DNA of 45,339 bases. It comes from an uncultured Candidatus Saccharibacteria bacterium (GTDB lineage Bacteria > Patescibacteriota > Saccharimonadia > Saccharimonadales > JANWIN01). Position 1 is the stretch's first letter, and the number at the start of each line of letters is the position of its first letter. The notes under the pieces are model-generated. The model saw only the letters and a program-made list of their open reading frames with translations. It did not search any database and was not told where the DNA came from. Position numbers and translations under genes: made by a program. Below, one piece after another: positions 20,766 through 30,198 of this stretch. The stretch spans positions 1 through 45,339 of the forward strand of contig CAZFNQ010000003.1 of NCBI GenBank assembly GCA_964520375.1. The letters run 5' to 3'.

Positions 20766-21293
20766 CTACTTTTTGTATCTGGCGATGGACTCGGCAATTA
20801 TTTTTTTAGCATCCTCGGCATTGCCCCAACCCAGGACTTTGGTTGAACCGGGTTTTTTGAGGTCTTTATAGTGATTAAAGTGGTGGGCGACCTTTTGCTT
20901 CCAACGCTCACCTAAATCGTCAACAGTTTTAATGCGATCACCGCTGTTTCTATCATCAGACGGTACGACAATAATCTTGTGGTCATTGTCGCCGTCATCA
21001 ATAAAGTTCATAACGCCAATTATGCGACCTTCTAGCCAGACGCCAGTAGTGAGAGGCTCGTCGGTAACAATCAAAGTGTCCAGTTCATCACCATCATCGT
21101 CTAAGGTTTGGGGAATAAAGCCATAGTTGCAGGGTTTGGCAAAAATACCCGGCTCGACTCTATCGAGCACGAAGGTGGCTCGCTCACGGTCCCATTCTAT
21201 TTTCATGGTCGAACCCATAGGGATTTCAACTACGGTATTGACTGTTCCCTTTTTATAATCGCCAGGGGTAAGTGTCTTATTAAAGTCAGGCAT
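20766..21293 (-). CDS. ppa: Family I inorganic pyrophosphatase (start revised to ATG 21293)
   Basis: EIP, NYGFIPQT.DDDGDELD; AAGGAG RBS before MPDFNK. Confidence 0.93.
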   Translation of the reverse strand: MPDFNKTLTPGDYKKGTVNTVVEIPMGSTMKIEWDRERATFVLDRVEPGIFAKPCNYGFIPQTLDDDGDELDTLIVTDEPLTTGVWLEGRIIGVMNFIDDGDNDHKIIVVPSDDRNSGDRIKTVDDLGERWKQKVAHHFNHYKDLKKPGSTKVLGWGNAEDAKKIIAESIARYKK

Positions 21294-21374
21294 TAGGGCT
21301 CCTTTCATTCTCGGATAATTTACTTGTAATATTGTACACTAAGTTATTGACTAGTTAAGCACCAAAGAGCAAAT

Positions 21375-22088
21375 ATGATAGAAGTTACACTTGACCACAC
21401 ACATCAAGAAAACTACAATATCCGGACATTTTGGTTTAAGCCGCCGAGGACCATCCGCTACACCGCCGGGCAGTTTATTGAAATGTATCTGCCACACGAT
21501 AACCCCGATGAGCGCGGTATAAAGCACTTCTTTACACTGTCATCGAGTCCGACAGAAAAATTAATAAGCATATCTACCAAATTTGCTGGTGCCAAAAGTA
21601 GTACCTTTAAAAAAACTCTGTTTAAACTAAAGCCCGGTGCCAAAATTAAGCTTGTCGAGCCGATGGGAGATTTTGTGCTTCCTAAGGATAAGACTATCCC
21701 TCTGGTATTTGTGGCCGGCGGCATTGGCATAACACCATTTCGGAGTATGGTGAAGTGGCTAAGCGACACTAGTGAGAAGCGAGATATTGAGGCCTTGCTG
21801 GCCGCTAATGCACCGAAGGATTTCGTTTTTGTGGATCTGTTCCAGCGCTACGGTGCCCGTGTGACGCAAATTGTGTTAGAGCCTGCTGATAATTGGCACG
21901 GACAAACCGGCAAGTTGAGTGGTGACAGGATTCACCAACTTATTGACAAACTCCAGTCTAAGCGCATCTACGTATCGGGTCCCGAACCGCTAGTAGAAAT
22001 TGTAGAAAAAGATTTGCTTGAAATCGGCATTGCTGGCAGTCAGTTAGTGCTGGATTTCTTCCCGAATTACAAATCAGATCTCAAGTAA
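21375..22088 (+). CDS. FNR-like FAD/NAD(P)H oxidoreductase
   Basis: AGQF, FTLSSSP, PMGDF, AGGIGITPFRSM, SGP. Confidence 0.88.
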   Translation: MIEVTLDHTHQENYNIRTFWFKPPRTIRYTAGQFIEMYLPHDNPDERGIKHFFTLSSSPTEKLISISTKFAGAKSSTFKKTLFKLKPGAKIKLVEPMGDFVLPKDKTIPLVFVAGGIGITPFRSMVKWLSDTSEKRDIEALLAANAPKDFVFVDLFQRYGARVTQIVLEPADNWHGQTGKLSGDRIHQLIDKLQSKRIYVSGPEPLVEIVEKDLLEIGIAGSQLVLDFFPNYKSDLK

Positions 22089-22125
22089 TTACCTTTTTAA
22101 AATTAGAATAGTCGATGATAAGAGC

Positions 22126-23124
22126 TTATTCAGCCAAGACAGTCGCCATAAGTGGCTCGTGTTCAAGCATTCTGCCTTCCAAGTATTGGCGAATCATCAG
22201 AGCGGCGGTGGCGCCTTCTCCGCTGGCGCTGGCAATTTGCATGGTGGCACCGCTGCGGACATCACCGGCGGCAAAAACACCTGGCATCCTTGTTTCAAGA
22301 TGTAAATTAGTTTTTACAAAACCGATATTATCCAATTCAATGATGGAATTCTTAAGAAATTGGGTATTGGGCATAAGCCCAACGAACACAAACACTCCGT
22401 CAGTTGGGAATTCAACTTTTTTACCAGTGGCGGCTTCTGTACCCTCGACTTTGACAATTTTACTGCCGGTGGCTAGGGGATTGCCGACGATTTTATCTGT
22501 GGTTATGCCAAGATGCACAGTAATTTTACTGTTTTTACTAAGCTCTTGCTGCAAGATATCACTGGCTTTTATATTGCTGCGTACCAACATATCTATGTGG
22601 CTGGCAAACCTGGTTAAAAACAAACTTTCCTGGACTGCCGAGTTGCCACCGCCAATTACGACTAATCTTTTATCCCGGAAAAAGGCGCCGTCGCAAGTGG
22701 CACAGTAGTGAACACCATGGGCATAAAATTCTTTTTCACCCGGCACACCAATTTTTTTGTAATCGCTGCCGGTTGCAATCAGAATTGTTTTGGCCCGGAA
22801 TTCACCGGCGTCAGTCTTGAGTAGTTTGGTCTTGCCTTCATCAACAACTTCATTAACTTGGGCAAAGTCGAACTTGGCCCCAAAACGTTCGGCTTGCTTT
22901 TGTAGCAGATCGGACAGTTCCAAACCAGATATTCCTTTAGGAAAGCCGGGATAATTATCCACCCAGTCAGTCACAGCCGCCAAACCGCCGACTGGCCCTT
23001 TATCCAGTAAAAGCGTGCTGATATCCTCACGGGTTGTGTAGATGGCTGCACTTAAGGCGGCCGGACCGGCGCCAATGGTAATAACATCCCATATTGTTTG
23101 TTGTGTAGTCTGTGTCTCAGCCAT
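22126..23124 (-). CDS. trxB: Thioredoxin reductase
   Basis: GAGPAA, NYPGF, CATCDG, GGGNSA, GVFAAGD. Confidence 0.93.
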   Translation of the reverse strand: MAETQTTQQTIWDVITIGAGPAALSAAIYTTREDISTLLLDKGPVGGLAAVTDWVDNYPGFPKGISGLELSDLLQKQAERFGAKFDFAQVNEVVDEGKTKLLKTDAGEFRAKTILIATGSDYKKIGVPGEKEFYAHGVHYCATCDGAFFRDKRLVVIGGGNSAVQESLFLTRFASHIDMLVRSNIKASDILQQELSKNSKITVHLGITTDKIVGNPLATGSKIVKVEGTEAATGKKVEFPTDGVFVFVGLMPNTQFLKNSIIELDNIGFVKTNLHLETRMPGVFAAGDVRSGATMQIASASGEGATAALMIRQYLEGRMLEHEPLMATVLAE

Positions 23125-23253
23125 AAATTCCTAGATATTATATCAGTAAGTTAATAAATTTTGTGGATGTAGCCCAAAGCATTAGCTAGCCTGTCAATTG
23201 AACCATAGGCTTTAAAATGCTGTCTGTCCAGCACTGCAACTAGTTACAAAAAA

Positions 23254-23502
23254 TTAACTTACCGCGGGAGCGAGTTTGGCTAAATTAAAACCGACTATAA
23301 CTTCTTGACTGTCGTCTTGTCTGGTAACAATTGTTACGGGAACTGCCAGTTGGCCGCTCATTTGCATGGCTTCTGCCTGACGGTCGGGATTTTCATCTAA
23401 ATTAACTTCATCATATGTAAAACCTTTGGCACCTAACCAGCGCTTAACCATCACGCAATATGCACAAGTATTAGTAGTGAAGATAGTGATATTCTTAGCC
23501 AT
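23254..23502 (-). CDS. NrdH-like glutaredoxin
   Basis: CAYC, cis-Pro VP, IVGFN; upstream NrdR-like boxes. Confidence 0.85.
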   Translation of the reverse strand: MAKNITIFTTNTCAYCVMVKRWLGAKGFTYDEVNLDENPDRQAEAMQMSGQLAVPVTIVTRQDDSQEVIVGFNLAKLAPAVS

Positions 23503-23563
23503 GAATAGTTCCCCTTTTATTGCTTTTTTCGTTTGTTTTATTTGTTAATACTTTCTTGTGTAC

Positions 23564-23612
23564 TCAGTATAGATAGTGCTTATTGTAATGTCAAGACCAC
23601 TATATATTGTGT
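23564..23612 (-). promoter_or_regulatory. Promoter with tandem NrdR-like boxes
   Basis: Minus-strand TTGACA(23594-23589)-17-TATACT(23571-23566); ACACAATATATAGTGG(23612-23597) and weaker GCACTATCTATACTGA(23579-23564). Confidence 0.75.
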
Positions 23613-23641
23613 TTTTTACCATTATTTGACCCTTCAAGCGC

Positions 23642-24175
23642 CTATTTGCCTATCTTGATAAGCTGGACGTCAAATACTAAATCGGCATTGGCCGGAATGC
23701 CCGAGTTTTGCGGTGGACTGAGGCCGTAGGCATCAGCCGCTGGGATTAATAGACGGCGGGTTCCGCCGACTTTCATACCGGGAATACCGTCCACCCAACC
23801 CTTAATAACTTGATTAAGTGGGAAAGAAATTGGTTGGCCGGTGTCAAGGGAACTCTGGAAGATTATGCCTGTGGCCGCAACGGCACCGGTATAGTGAACA
23901 GTTATTGTTTCGCCCGGATTTACAGCAGCGCCGCTGCCCGGAGTTAAATCAATTTTTTGCAGGGAATCAATCTTGCTAAGCGGAGTAAAGTTTTTTAATT
24001 TAGTGCCTTGCAATTTGCCCTCCTTTGATTGATTTTGTACAGCTTGTTGTTGTTGGTGATTTTGGCGGCTCTGCTGGTGGGACTGCCAAATTACCAAGAT
24101 GCTAAAACCAAGCGATGTTACTAAAAATAAGGCTGCAATGACTAACGCGCCAACTCTTGCAACAATCTTTCCCAT
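23642..24175 (-). CDS. Membrane-anchored FKBP-type peptidyl-prolyl isomerase
   Basis: VHYTG, VIKGW, GMKVGGTRRLLIP..AYG, LVFDV; N-terminal TM. Confidence 0.93.
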   Translation of the reverse strand: MGKIVARVGALVIAALFLVTSLGFSILVIWQSHQQSRQNHQQQQAVQNQSKEGKLQGTKLKNFTPLSKIDSLQKIDLTPGSGAAVNPGETITVHYTGAVAATGIIFQSSLDTGQPISFPLNQVIKGWVDGIPGMKVGGTRRLLIPAADAYGLSPPQNSGIPANADLVFDVQLIKIGK

Positions 24176-24226
24176 TTTACTCCTAAATAATTACGTCCTG
24201 CTAGTATATCGCATTTGCTGTTAGGA

Positions 24227-24664
24227 CTATAGCGTAATTGGTTGTTTTGGCCAGCCTTTTTTAAGGCCGCTTAATATTGCAAGTTTTAGAGCTTCGGAAA
24301 CAAACGCTGAAGCCTCCAATTTGTTGATTGGCAGCCAAATTGGCTCGTATAAATTCTGGCCTTTGGAACTAAGCTTAGCCTCAATAGAATCGTCGGATAA
24401 TTTTGGTTCGCCGGATATATAATCACACAAGTAGACGTATTGGGTACCATAGGGTTCATCTGGTTCCTCTTCAAATACTAAACGCAGGTTTTTAACTGTC
24501 ATACCAGTCTCTTCCTTAAGTTCACGCCTAAGTGCTTGCTTATTAGTTTCGCCTTGCTCGATCTCGCCGCCAATAAGCGTGAGGTATTTGCGGCCAAATT
24601 TACTGCGCTTCATAACCAACAATCTATCGTCCTTAATCACTATTGCTCTCACGAATTTAGCCAT
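24227..24664 (-). CDS. NUDIX hydrolase
   Basis: GGEIEQGETNKQALRRELKEETG Nudix box. Confidence 0.92.
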   Translation of the reverse strand: MAKFVRAIVIKDDRLLVMKRSKFGRKYLTLIGGEIEQGETNKQALRRELKEETGMTVKNLRLVFEEEPDEPYGTQYVYLCDYISGEPKLSDDSIEAKLSSKGQNLYEPIWLPINKLEASAFVSEALKLAILSGLKKGWPKQPITL

Positions 24665-24673
24665 TTCTATTTA

Positions 24674-26452
24674 TCACCCAGCAATCTCGTATTCCTTAAG
24701 CTTCTTTTTGGTAGCTGCGGTATGGCCGTGTTGTAATCTTAGTAGCTGGTCGTATATGCCGCCACTATGGGCTAACTCACCGGGTGAACCAATTTCACTG
24801 ACTCGGCCGTTTTGCAGCGTAATAATCTCATCGACATGCTGAATAGTGCTCAAGCGGTGAGCAATAATCAGGGTGGTGCGGCCTGTCATCAGCCGCTCTA
24901 AGGCTTCCTGAACCATAGCCTCGCTCTTACTGTCTAGGCTACTAGTTGCTTCATCGAGCACTAAAATAGGCGCATCTTTAAGTAGAGCCCGGGCAATAGC
25001 AATGCGCTGTTTTTGACCGCCGCTTAGTTTAAGCCCGCGTTCACCGATCTCTGTGTCATAACCTTTGTCAAACTTTGCGATAAATTCATGGGCATTGGCT
25101 GCCTTGGCGGCCTCTATTACCCGCTGCTTACCGGCTTTAGGGTTGGCGTAGGCAATATTTTCATAGACGCTGCCACTAAATAGGGCGGCGTCTTGAAAGA
25201 CTACACCAATTTGAGAACGCAGGCTTTCCTGGGTAACTCCAGCAATATTTTGGCCGTCAATTGAGATTCCACCCTTTTGCGGCTCGTACAGTCTGAGTAA
25301 TAGGTTGGTTATTGTGGTCTTGCCTTCGCCGCTTTCACCGACCAGGGCTACTTTGCTGTCAGGCTCAATTACAAAACTCAGTCCTCTAAGCACCTGACTG
25401 TCGCCGTAGGCAAAAGTGACATTCTCATAGACAATTTCGCCCTTGGTTACTTTTAATGGTTTGGCGTTTTTATCGTCTGTTATTTCTGGCTTTTGATCCA
25501 TGGCTTCAAAATAGTCTTTACTGTTGGCAATGGCGCGTTGGGTGCGGTCAACCAAAAAACTGATGCTAAAAATAGGTATGCGGATAAGTAAAGCGTACTG
25601 AATTAGTAGCACCATCACACCCAGGGTGTAATGTCCGCGGGCAGTTTGGACAAAAATATACATAAAAACCGCAAAGAATATTAGAGCTAGTACCGAGCGG
25701 CGGGCAACGTCCTGCTTGTGCCAGTATTGACTCTGCGGTTTGGTGGTATCAACTGCTTTTTGAAGACGGTGGTTGAAGAAATTAAGCTCACGAGCTTCTT
25801 GGATAAAGCTCTTGACGACTTTAATTTGTAAGACGCTTTCGGCAAACCGGCCGCTGCCGACGTCCAACTCTTCATTAATTTGTTTTTGATAGTTTTGCCA
25901 TTTGTTGCTAGTCTTGGCTGTCATCCAGATAAAAATTGGGTACAGAAGCAGCAGCATCAGGGCTACTGGCCAGGAGTAGTAGGCCACAATTATAAGTGTA
26001 AAGACGGTACTGAAGATAAACTGTAAAAAGTTGTTACTGAACATTTGTACAAAGTCGCCAATATCTTGGATACCTCGGTTCATTCGGTTGATGATAGTGC
26101 CAGTCAGTTCCCTGTCAAAGTATGTCTGCGGTAAACTCATCAAGTGTTGGTAGTAGCTGGCACTCATAAATTGTTTTAGTTTAATAGCTAGTATGTCACC
26201 TAAGTAACCACCGATATTACTGAAGATGGTTTGGCCAATGTCGGTCAAGAAAATTAAGGCTGCAAACAATGCTACAAGTTTAACGTTGGCGTGGCCGCCA
26301 CCGGCCAGTTTGGTAATTTGATCAATGGCGCCTTTGGTAAATAGCGGTACCAGCTGGCTCATGGCAGCCAGTAATATTGTGAATAGACCAATGGCAACGT
26401 AGTAGCGCCACAGACTGCCGGTATATTTAATAATTCGCCAAATGTATTTCAT
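24674..26452 (-). CDS. ABC exporter, fused permease/ATPase (MsbA/MdlB-like)
   Basis: Multi-TM N-terminal half; GESGEGKT, LSGGQKQR, LDEATS, AHRLST. Confidence 0.95.
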   Translation of the reverse strand: MKYIWRIIKYTGSLWRYYVAIGLFTILLAAMSQLVPLFTKGAIDQITKLAGGGHANVKLVALFAALIFLTDIGQTIFSNIGGYLGDILAIKLKQFMSASYYQHLMSLPQTYFDRELTGTIINRMNRGIQDIGDFVQMFSNNFLQFIFSTVFTLIIVAYYSWPVALMLLLLYPIFIWMTAKTSNKWQNYQKQINEELDVGSGRFAESVLQIKVVKSFIQEARELNFFNHRLQKAVDTTKPQSQYWHKQDVARRSVLALIFFAVFMYIFVQTARGHYTLGVMVLLIQYALLIRIPIFSISFLVDRTQRAIANSKDYFEAMDQKPEITDDKNAKPLKVTKGEIVYENVTFAYGDSQVLRGLSFVIEPDSKVALVGESGEGKTTITNLLLRLYEPQKGGISIDGQNIAGVTQESLRSQIGVVFQDAALFSGSVYENIAYANPKAGKQRVIEAAKAANAHEFIAKFDKGYDTEIGERGLKLSGGQKQRIAIARALLKDAPILVLDEATSSLDSKSEAMVQEALERLMTGRTTLIIAHRLSTIQHVDEIITLQNGRVSEIGSPGELAHSGGIYDQLLRLQHGHTAATKKKLKEYEIAG

Positions 26453-26498
26453 AAAACAAGTCTCGCTTGATTAAAGCTTAACATGTTAAGCATAGTAT

Positions 26499-29045
26499 TT
26501 ACAAGCGTTCAGCATCTAATTTGGCTTGGGCAGCCACTGCTACTTTATCCAGGGCTGAATTCACTTCCTCAGTAGTTAAAGTTCGTTCAAAGCTGGCGAT
26601 CGTGAAACGAAGAGCTATATGCTTGTGGCTTTTATCTTGTTCGCCTTGATAAATGTCTAGCGGTGCAAACCAAAAAGCAGATTTGGCTGGTGTTTGTATA
26701 TTTTGCTGCATGAAATCAAACAACTCAGCGTAAGCTAAGCTAGCCGGTACTTTTAGTGAAATGTCTTGTTCGACTTTAGGGAACCTGGGCAAAGCGACAT
26801 AACTTGATTGTCTACCACGAAGCCTCAATAGTTGCCCAACGTCTAGTTCAAATCCGGCAATAAACTGGGGCAGCTTGAGATTTTTACGAACCGCGGTTCT
26901 AAATTCACCAAGTTCGCCGATAAATTGGCCGTCACTCGTTTTAACAATGGCGCTACGTAGTTTCTCAAAGGGGGCGATGGCGGCTTGGCTAATGCCGATT
27001 TTGGGCTCATGATTGTCTGCCGGTTCAAAAACCGGATTGGTTAGTCCTAGGTCTGCCAACAGATCGGTTAGATAGTGCTTGGCTTGGTAATAAGCTGCGC
27101 CTTGGTATTTTTGCCGAGCAATTTTATCATCGGCGGCAAAGACTAGGGCCAAACGCTGATCTTCAACGGGAAGTTTGTCGGCGTCTACTAAGTCCTTGGC
27201 GTGCACTGGGTTCATTTCAAATATGGCAAACTCTCCGTAACCCTGCTTTATATTGGGATGAATCTTTTCCAGTAAACTTGGGATCAAACTTAGACGGTAA
27301 TACTGCAAATCCGGGCTAATGGCATTGCTTAGTTCAAATGCGTTGTCTTTGCTCTGACCGACTTTGTCCAGTAGGTCGCCGCGGACAAAGCTGTAAGTCA
27401 GGACTTCATTGGCGCCGGCGCTGCTAAGACTACGACGAATAGTATCTTTGATATCCAACATTGGACTACGCTCAGTCGGTTTTATAGTCCGTTTAGGCAG
27501 TTCCAGCGGCAAATGGTCATAACCGTATAGCCGCCCAACTTCCTCAACTATATCTTCGGGAATTTCTACATCCGTTCGCCAAAACGGTGCAGTGACAATA
27601 AGCTCTTCCCCATTAACCTGCACCCCAAATTCTACGTTTGTCAGTAGTTTGGCCATTTCCTCGGCTGACAGCTTTTCACCAAGGCGGTCATTTATAAATT
27701 GAGCGTTAACTGTGACGGGCGACGACGGGTTTAACTCACCATGAATGTCTTTAACTAAGCTAGCCGGTTGGCCACCGGCGATTTCACCAATTAATTTCAT
27801 AGCGTAGGCCATGACTCGGTCATTTTGCTTTGGGCTTTGGCCTTTAGTAAATCGCGTAACTGCGTCTGTGAACAGGCCATATTGCATGGCTGTGCGTCTA
27901 ATGTTGTACATATCAAAGGTGGCGCATTCCAAAACTATATTTTTTGTTCCGCTGTCTACTTCAGTGTCACCGCCGCCCATGACGCCACCTATACCTACCG
28001 GTACATCATGACTAGTAATTAAGATCGTATTCTCGTCTTGAAGTTCTAGCGCTTTGCCGCCTAACAAATTAATATTTTCACCTTTGCGCGATAGGCGGGC
28101 TTCGAGATTTAGGCTTGGCTGTTTGCTAACGGCCATTAGTTTATCGGCGTCGTAGGCATGCAGCGGCTGGCCAGTCAATAGCATAACGTAGTTGGTGATG
28201 TCGACTATGTTGTTAATAGGTTTACCGCCGACTCGACTAAGATAGCTCTGGAGCCAAACAGGGCTTGGTTTAATGGCTACGTCTTTTATAGTCACCGCCA
28301 TAAAGCGGGGCACAAGTTTAGCGTCTTGGACTTTTACTTCCAAGGGCATTGTTCCAGGTTCTGACCTGTGTAACATTGGCTCCTGAGGGCTTAGATACCA
28401 GTCGGGGCTTTTGTAAGCCAGTTGCTGGATGCCAGCTAACTCGCGGGCCACACCCAAAATGCCAAAACAATCCGGCCGATGCGTGAACATCTTATTCTCA
28501 ATGTCTACAATGACATCATCTAACCATAGGGCTATGGCAAGTGAATCACCAACCTTCGTACCCTCTTTGATCTCTGTTTGCCTTAGTTCTAAAATGCCGC
28601 TATGATCGTCACTAAGGCCAAGTTCGTGTGGGCTGGCTAGCATTCCGTGGCTGATTTGGCCGCGAATGTCACGAGCCTCAAGCACCAATGGTTCCTTGCC
28701 CAGTGTGCTTGGCACAGTTATGCCGGGTGGTATCCAGGCAGCTAACATGCCCTCGCGTACATTTGTCGCCCCACAAACAATTTGAACATGGCCGGCGCTG
28801 TCGCGCTCGACGTCCGTAACCTTGCCTCCGTCATCTACGTTGCAAACAGTTAATTTATTGGCGCTGCTATGCGCTTGGACGCTGATCACTTTTACCACCA
28901 CAATGCCTTCGTAGCGCGGCCCCAACTCCGTGATTTCCTCAATGGCACCCAATTGGGCGCCGATTTTGTCCAGTAATATATCTTTGCCAATGGCGGTAAG
29001 ATTGACGCTGCTATAGTGCTGAGCCCAATTTAAGCTAACTTTCAT
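26499..29045 (-). CDS. pheT: Phenylalanine-tRNA ligase beta subunit
   Basis: IVCGATN tRNA-binding domain, INNIVDITNY, GQPLHAYD, DIVEEVGRLYGY, C-terminal FDX-ACB. Confidence 0.97.
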   Translation of the reverse strand: MKVSLNWAQHYSSVNLTAIGKDILLDKIGAQLGAIEEITELGPRYEGIVVVKVISVQAHSSANKLTVCNVDDGGKVTDVERDSAGHVQIVCGATNVREGMLAAWIPPGITVPSTLGKEPLVLEARDIRGQISHGMLASPHELGLSDDHSGILELRQTEIKEGTKVGDSLAIALWLDDVIVDIENKMFTHRPDCFGILGVARELAGIQQLAYKSPDWYLSPQEPMLHRSEPGTMPLEVKVQDAKLVPRFMAVTIKDVAIKPSPVWLQSYLSRVGGKPINNIVDITNYVMLLTGQPLHAYDADKLMAVSKQPSLNLEARLSRKGENINLLGGKALELQDENTILITSHDVPVGIGGVMGGGDTEVDSGTKNIVLECATFDMYNIRRTAMQYGLFTDAVTRFTKGQSPKQNDRVMAYAMKLIGEIAGGQPASLVKDIHGELNPSSPVTVNAQFINDRLGEKLSAEEMAKLLTNVEFGVQVNGEELIVTAPFWRTDVEIPEDIVEEVGRLYGYDHLPLELPKRTIKPTERSPMLDIKDTIRRSLSSAGANEVLTYSFVRGDLLDKVGQSKDNAFELSNAISPDLQYYRLSLIPSLLEKIHPNIKQGYGEFAIFEMNPVHAKDLVDADKLPVEDQRLALVFAADDKIARQKYQGAAYYQAKHYLTDLLADLGLTNPVFEPADNHEPKIGISQAAIAPFEKLRSAIVKTSDGQFIGELGEFRTAVRKNLKLPQFIAGFELDVGQLLRLRGRQSSYVALPRFPKVEQDISLKVPASLAYAELFDFMQQNIQTPAKSAFWFAPLDIYQGEQDKSHKHIALRFTIASFERTLTTEEVNSALDKVAVAAQAKLDAERL

Positions 29046-30079
29046 TTAAACTGCCTTAAAAAGTCTAGTTTAGCGCTTTCAAAATGTCGGATGTCTTCCA
29101 CGTCGTATTTCATCATAACTAAGCGGTCTATCCCACCTCCCCAGGCAAAGCCTGTGTATTCAGCGGGACTAATACCGGCTTCTTTTAGGACATTAGGATG
29201 TATCATGCCGCAACCGAGTAGTTCAATCCAACCGGTATAAGAGCAGATATTGCAGCCTCGTTTTTTACAAAAAGGACAACTCAGAGCAAATTCAAAACTG
29301 GGTTCCGTAAAAGGGAAGTAAAAGGGCTGGGTTTTAACCTCAATATCCTGCTTATAGTACTCACTTAAGAAAGACTTGAGCGTGGCGATTAAGTGTCCGG
29401 CGTGAATATTTTTATCTACGTAGACTCCCTCTAATTGGTAAAAGGTGTGCTCATGCCGGGCATCTAAATCCTCATTCCTAAACACCCGTCCGGGAATAAC
29501 CACACGGATACCTTCGCCCTTATCCAGATTACCCTTGTACTGCTTGAGCACGCGGTTTTGCATAGTACTGGTATGAGCTGGGGCAATAAAGCCTTCACTG
29601 GTCATGAAACTGTCATAATCGTCACGGGCTGGATGACCAGGTGGAAAATTTAGGCTGGTAAACATGTGGTAATCGTCATCTATTTGGCGTGATTCGACTG
29701 CTGTGAATCCCATTCGGGCAAAAATATCCAGCACTGTTGCCAGCTCCGTCATCAGCGGATGGCGACTACCGTTTTCACTGGTTAGCAGTTGCGGCCGCTT
29801 ATTTGCCGGTACATTAGCGTCAAAGGGCGCCGTTACATCAACGGGCTGCACAACTTCACTAGCCTCTTGATGAGCAGCAGCCAATTGTACCAGTTCAGCT
29901 TTTAGTTCATTTAGTTCTTTGCCAAAGGCGGCTCGCTGATCTTGCGGTAGCGTAGGGATTTGGGCATATAGCGCCTTAAGCTCGGTTGCTCGTAAAACAG
30001 CTTGCTTATCGGCAGCATCAGTTAGTCGTTGCTTTAATACTTCAGCAACTTGGGCGATGTTTTGGTTGGCATAAGTCAT
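29042..30079 (-). CDS. pheS: Phenylalanine-tRNA ligase alpha subunit
   Basis: HPARD, HTS, GRVFRNE, YFPFTEPS, CPFC..GC..C insert, GFAWGGGIDR. Confidence 0.97.
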   Translation of the reverse strand: MTYANQNIAQVAEVLKQRLTDAADKQAVLRATELKALYAQIPTLPQDQRAAFGKELNELKAELVQLAAAHQEASEVVQPVDVTAPFDANVPANKRPQLLTSENGSRHPLMTELATVLDIFARMGFTAVESRQIDDDYHMFTSLNFPPGHPARDDYDSFMTSEGFIAPAHTSTMQNRVLKQYKGNLDKGEGIRVVIPGRVFRNEDLDARHEHTFYQLEGVYVDKNIHAGHLIATLKSFLSEYYKQDIEVKTQPFYFPFTEPSFEFALSCPFCKKRGCNICSYTGWIELLGCGMIHPNVLKEAGISPAEYTGFAWGGGIDRLVMMKYDVEDIRHFESAKLDFLRQFK

Positions 30080-30198
30080 ACTTGCTTTAGATTATACCAA
30101 ACTGTTGACGCCTAACTTCTCGCGGTTAGTAAAAAATTTAACAACAAGCGCTTTTGACCGGGTGGTCTATAATGGTGTGGAATACGGAGGGCTTTAGC

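Noticed and set aside
23125-23253. Possible structured RNA between the redoxin and trxB
   Set aside because: No convincing stems or known motif found by eye
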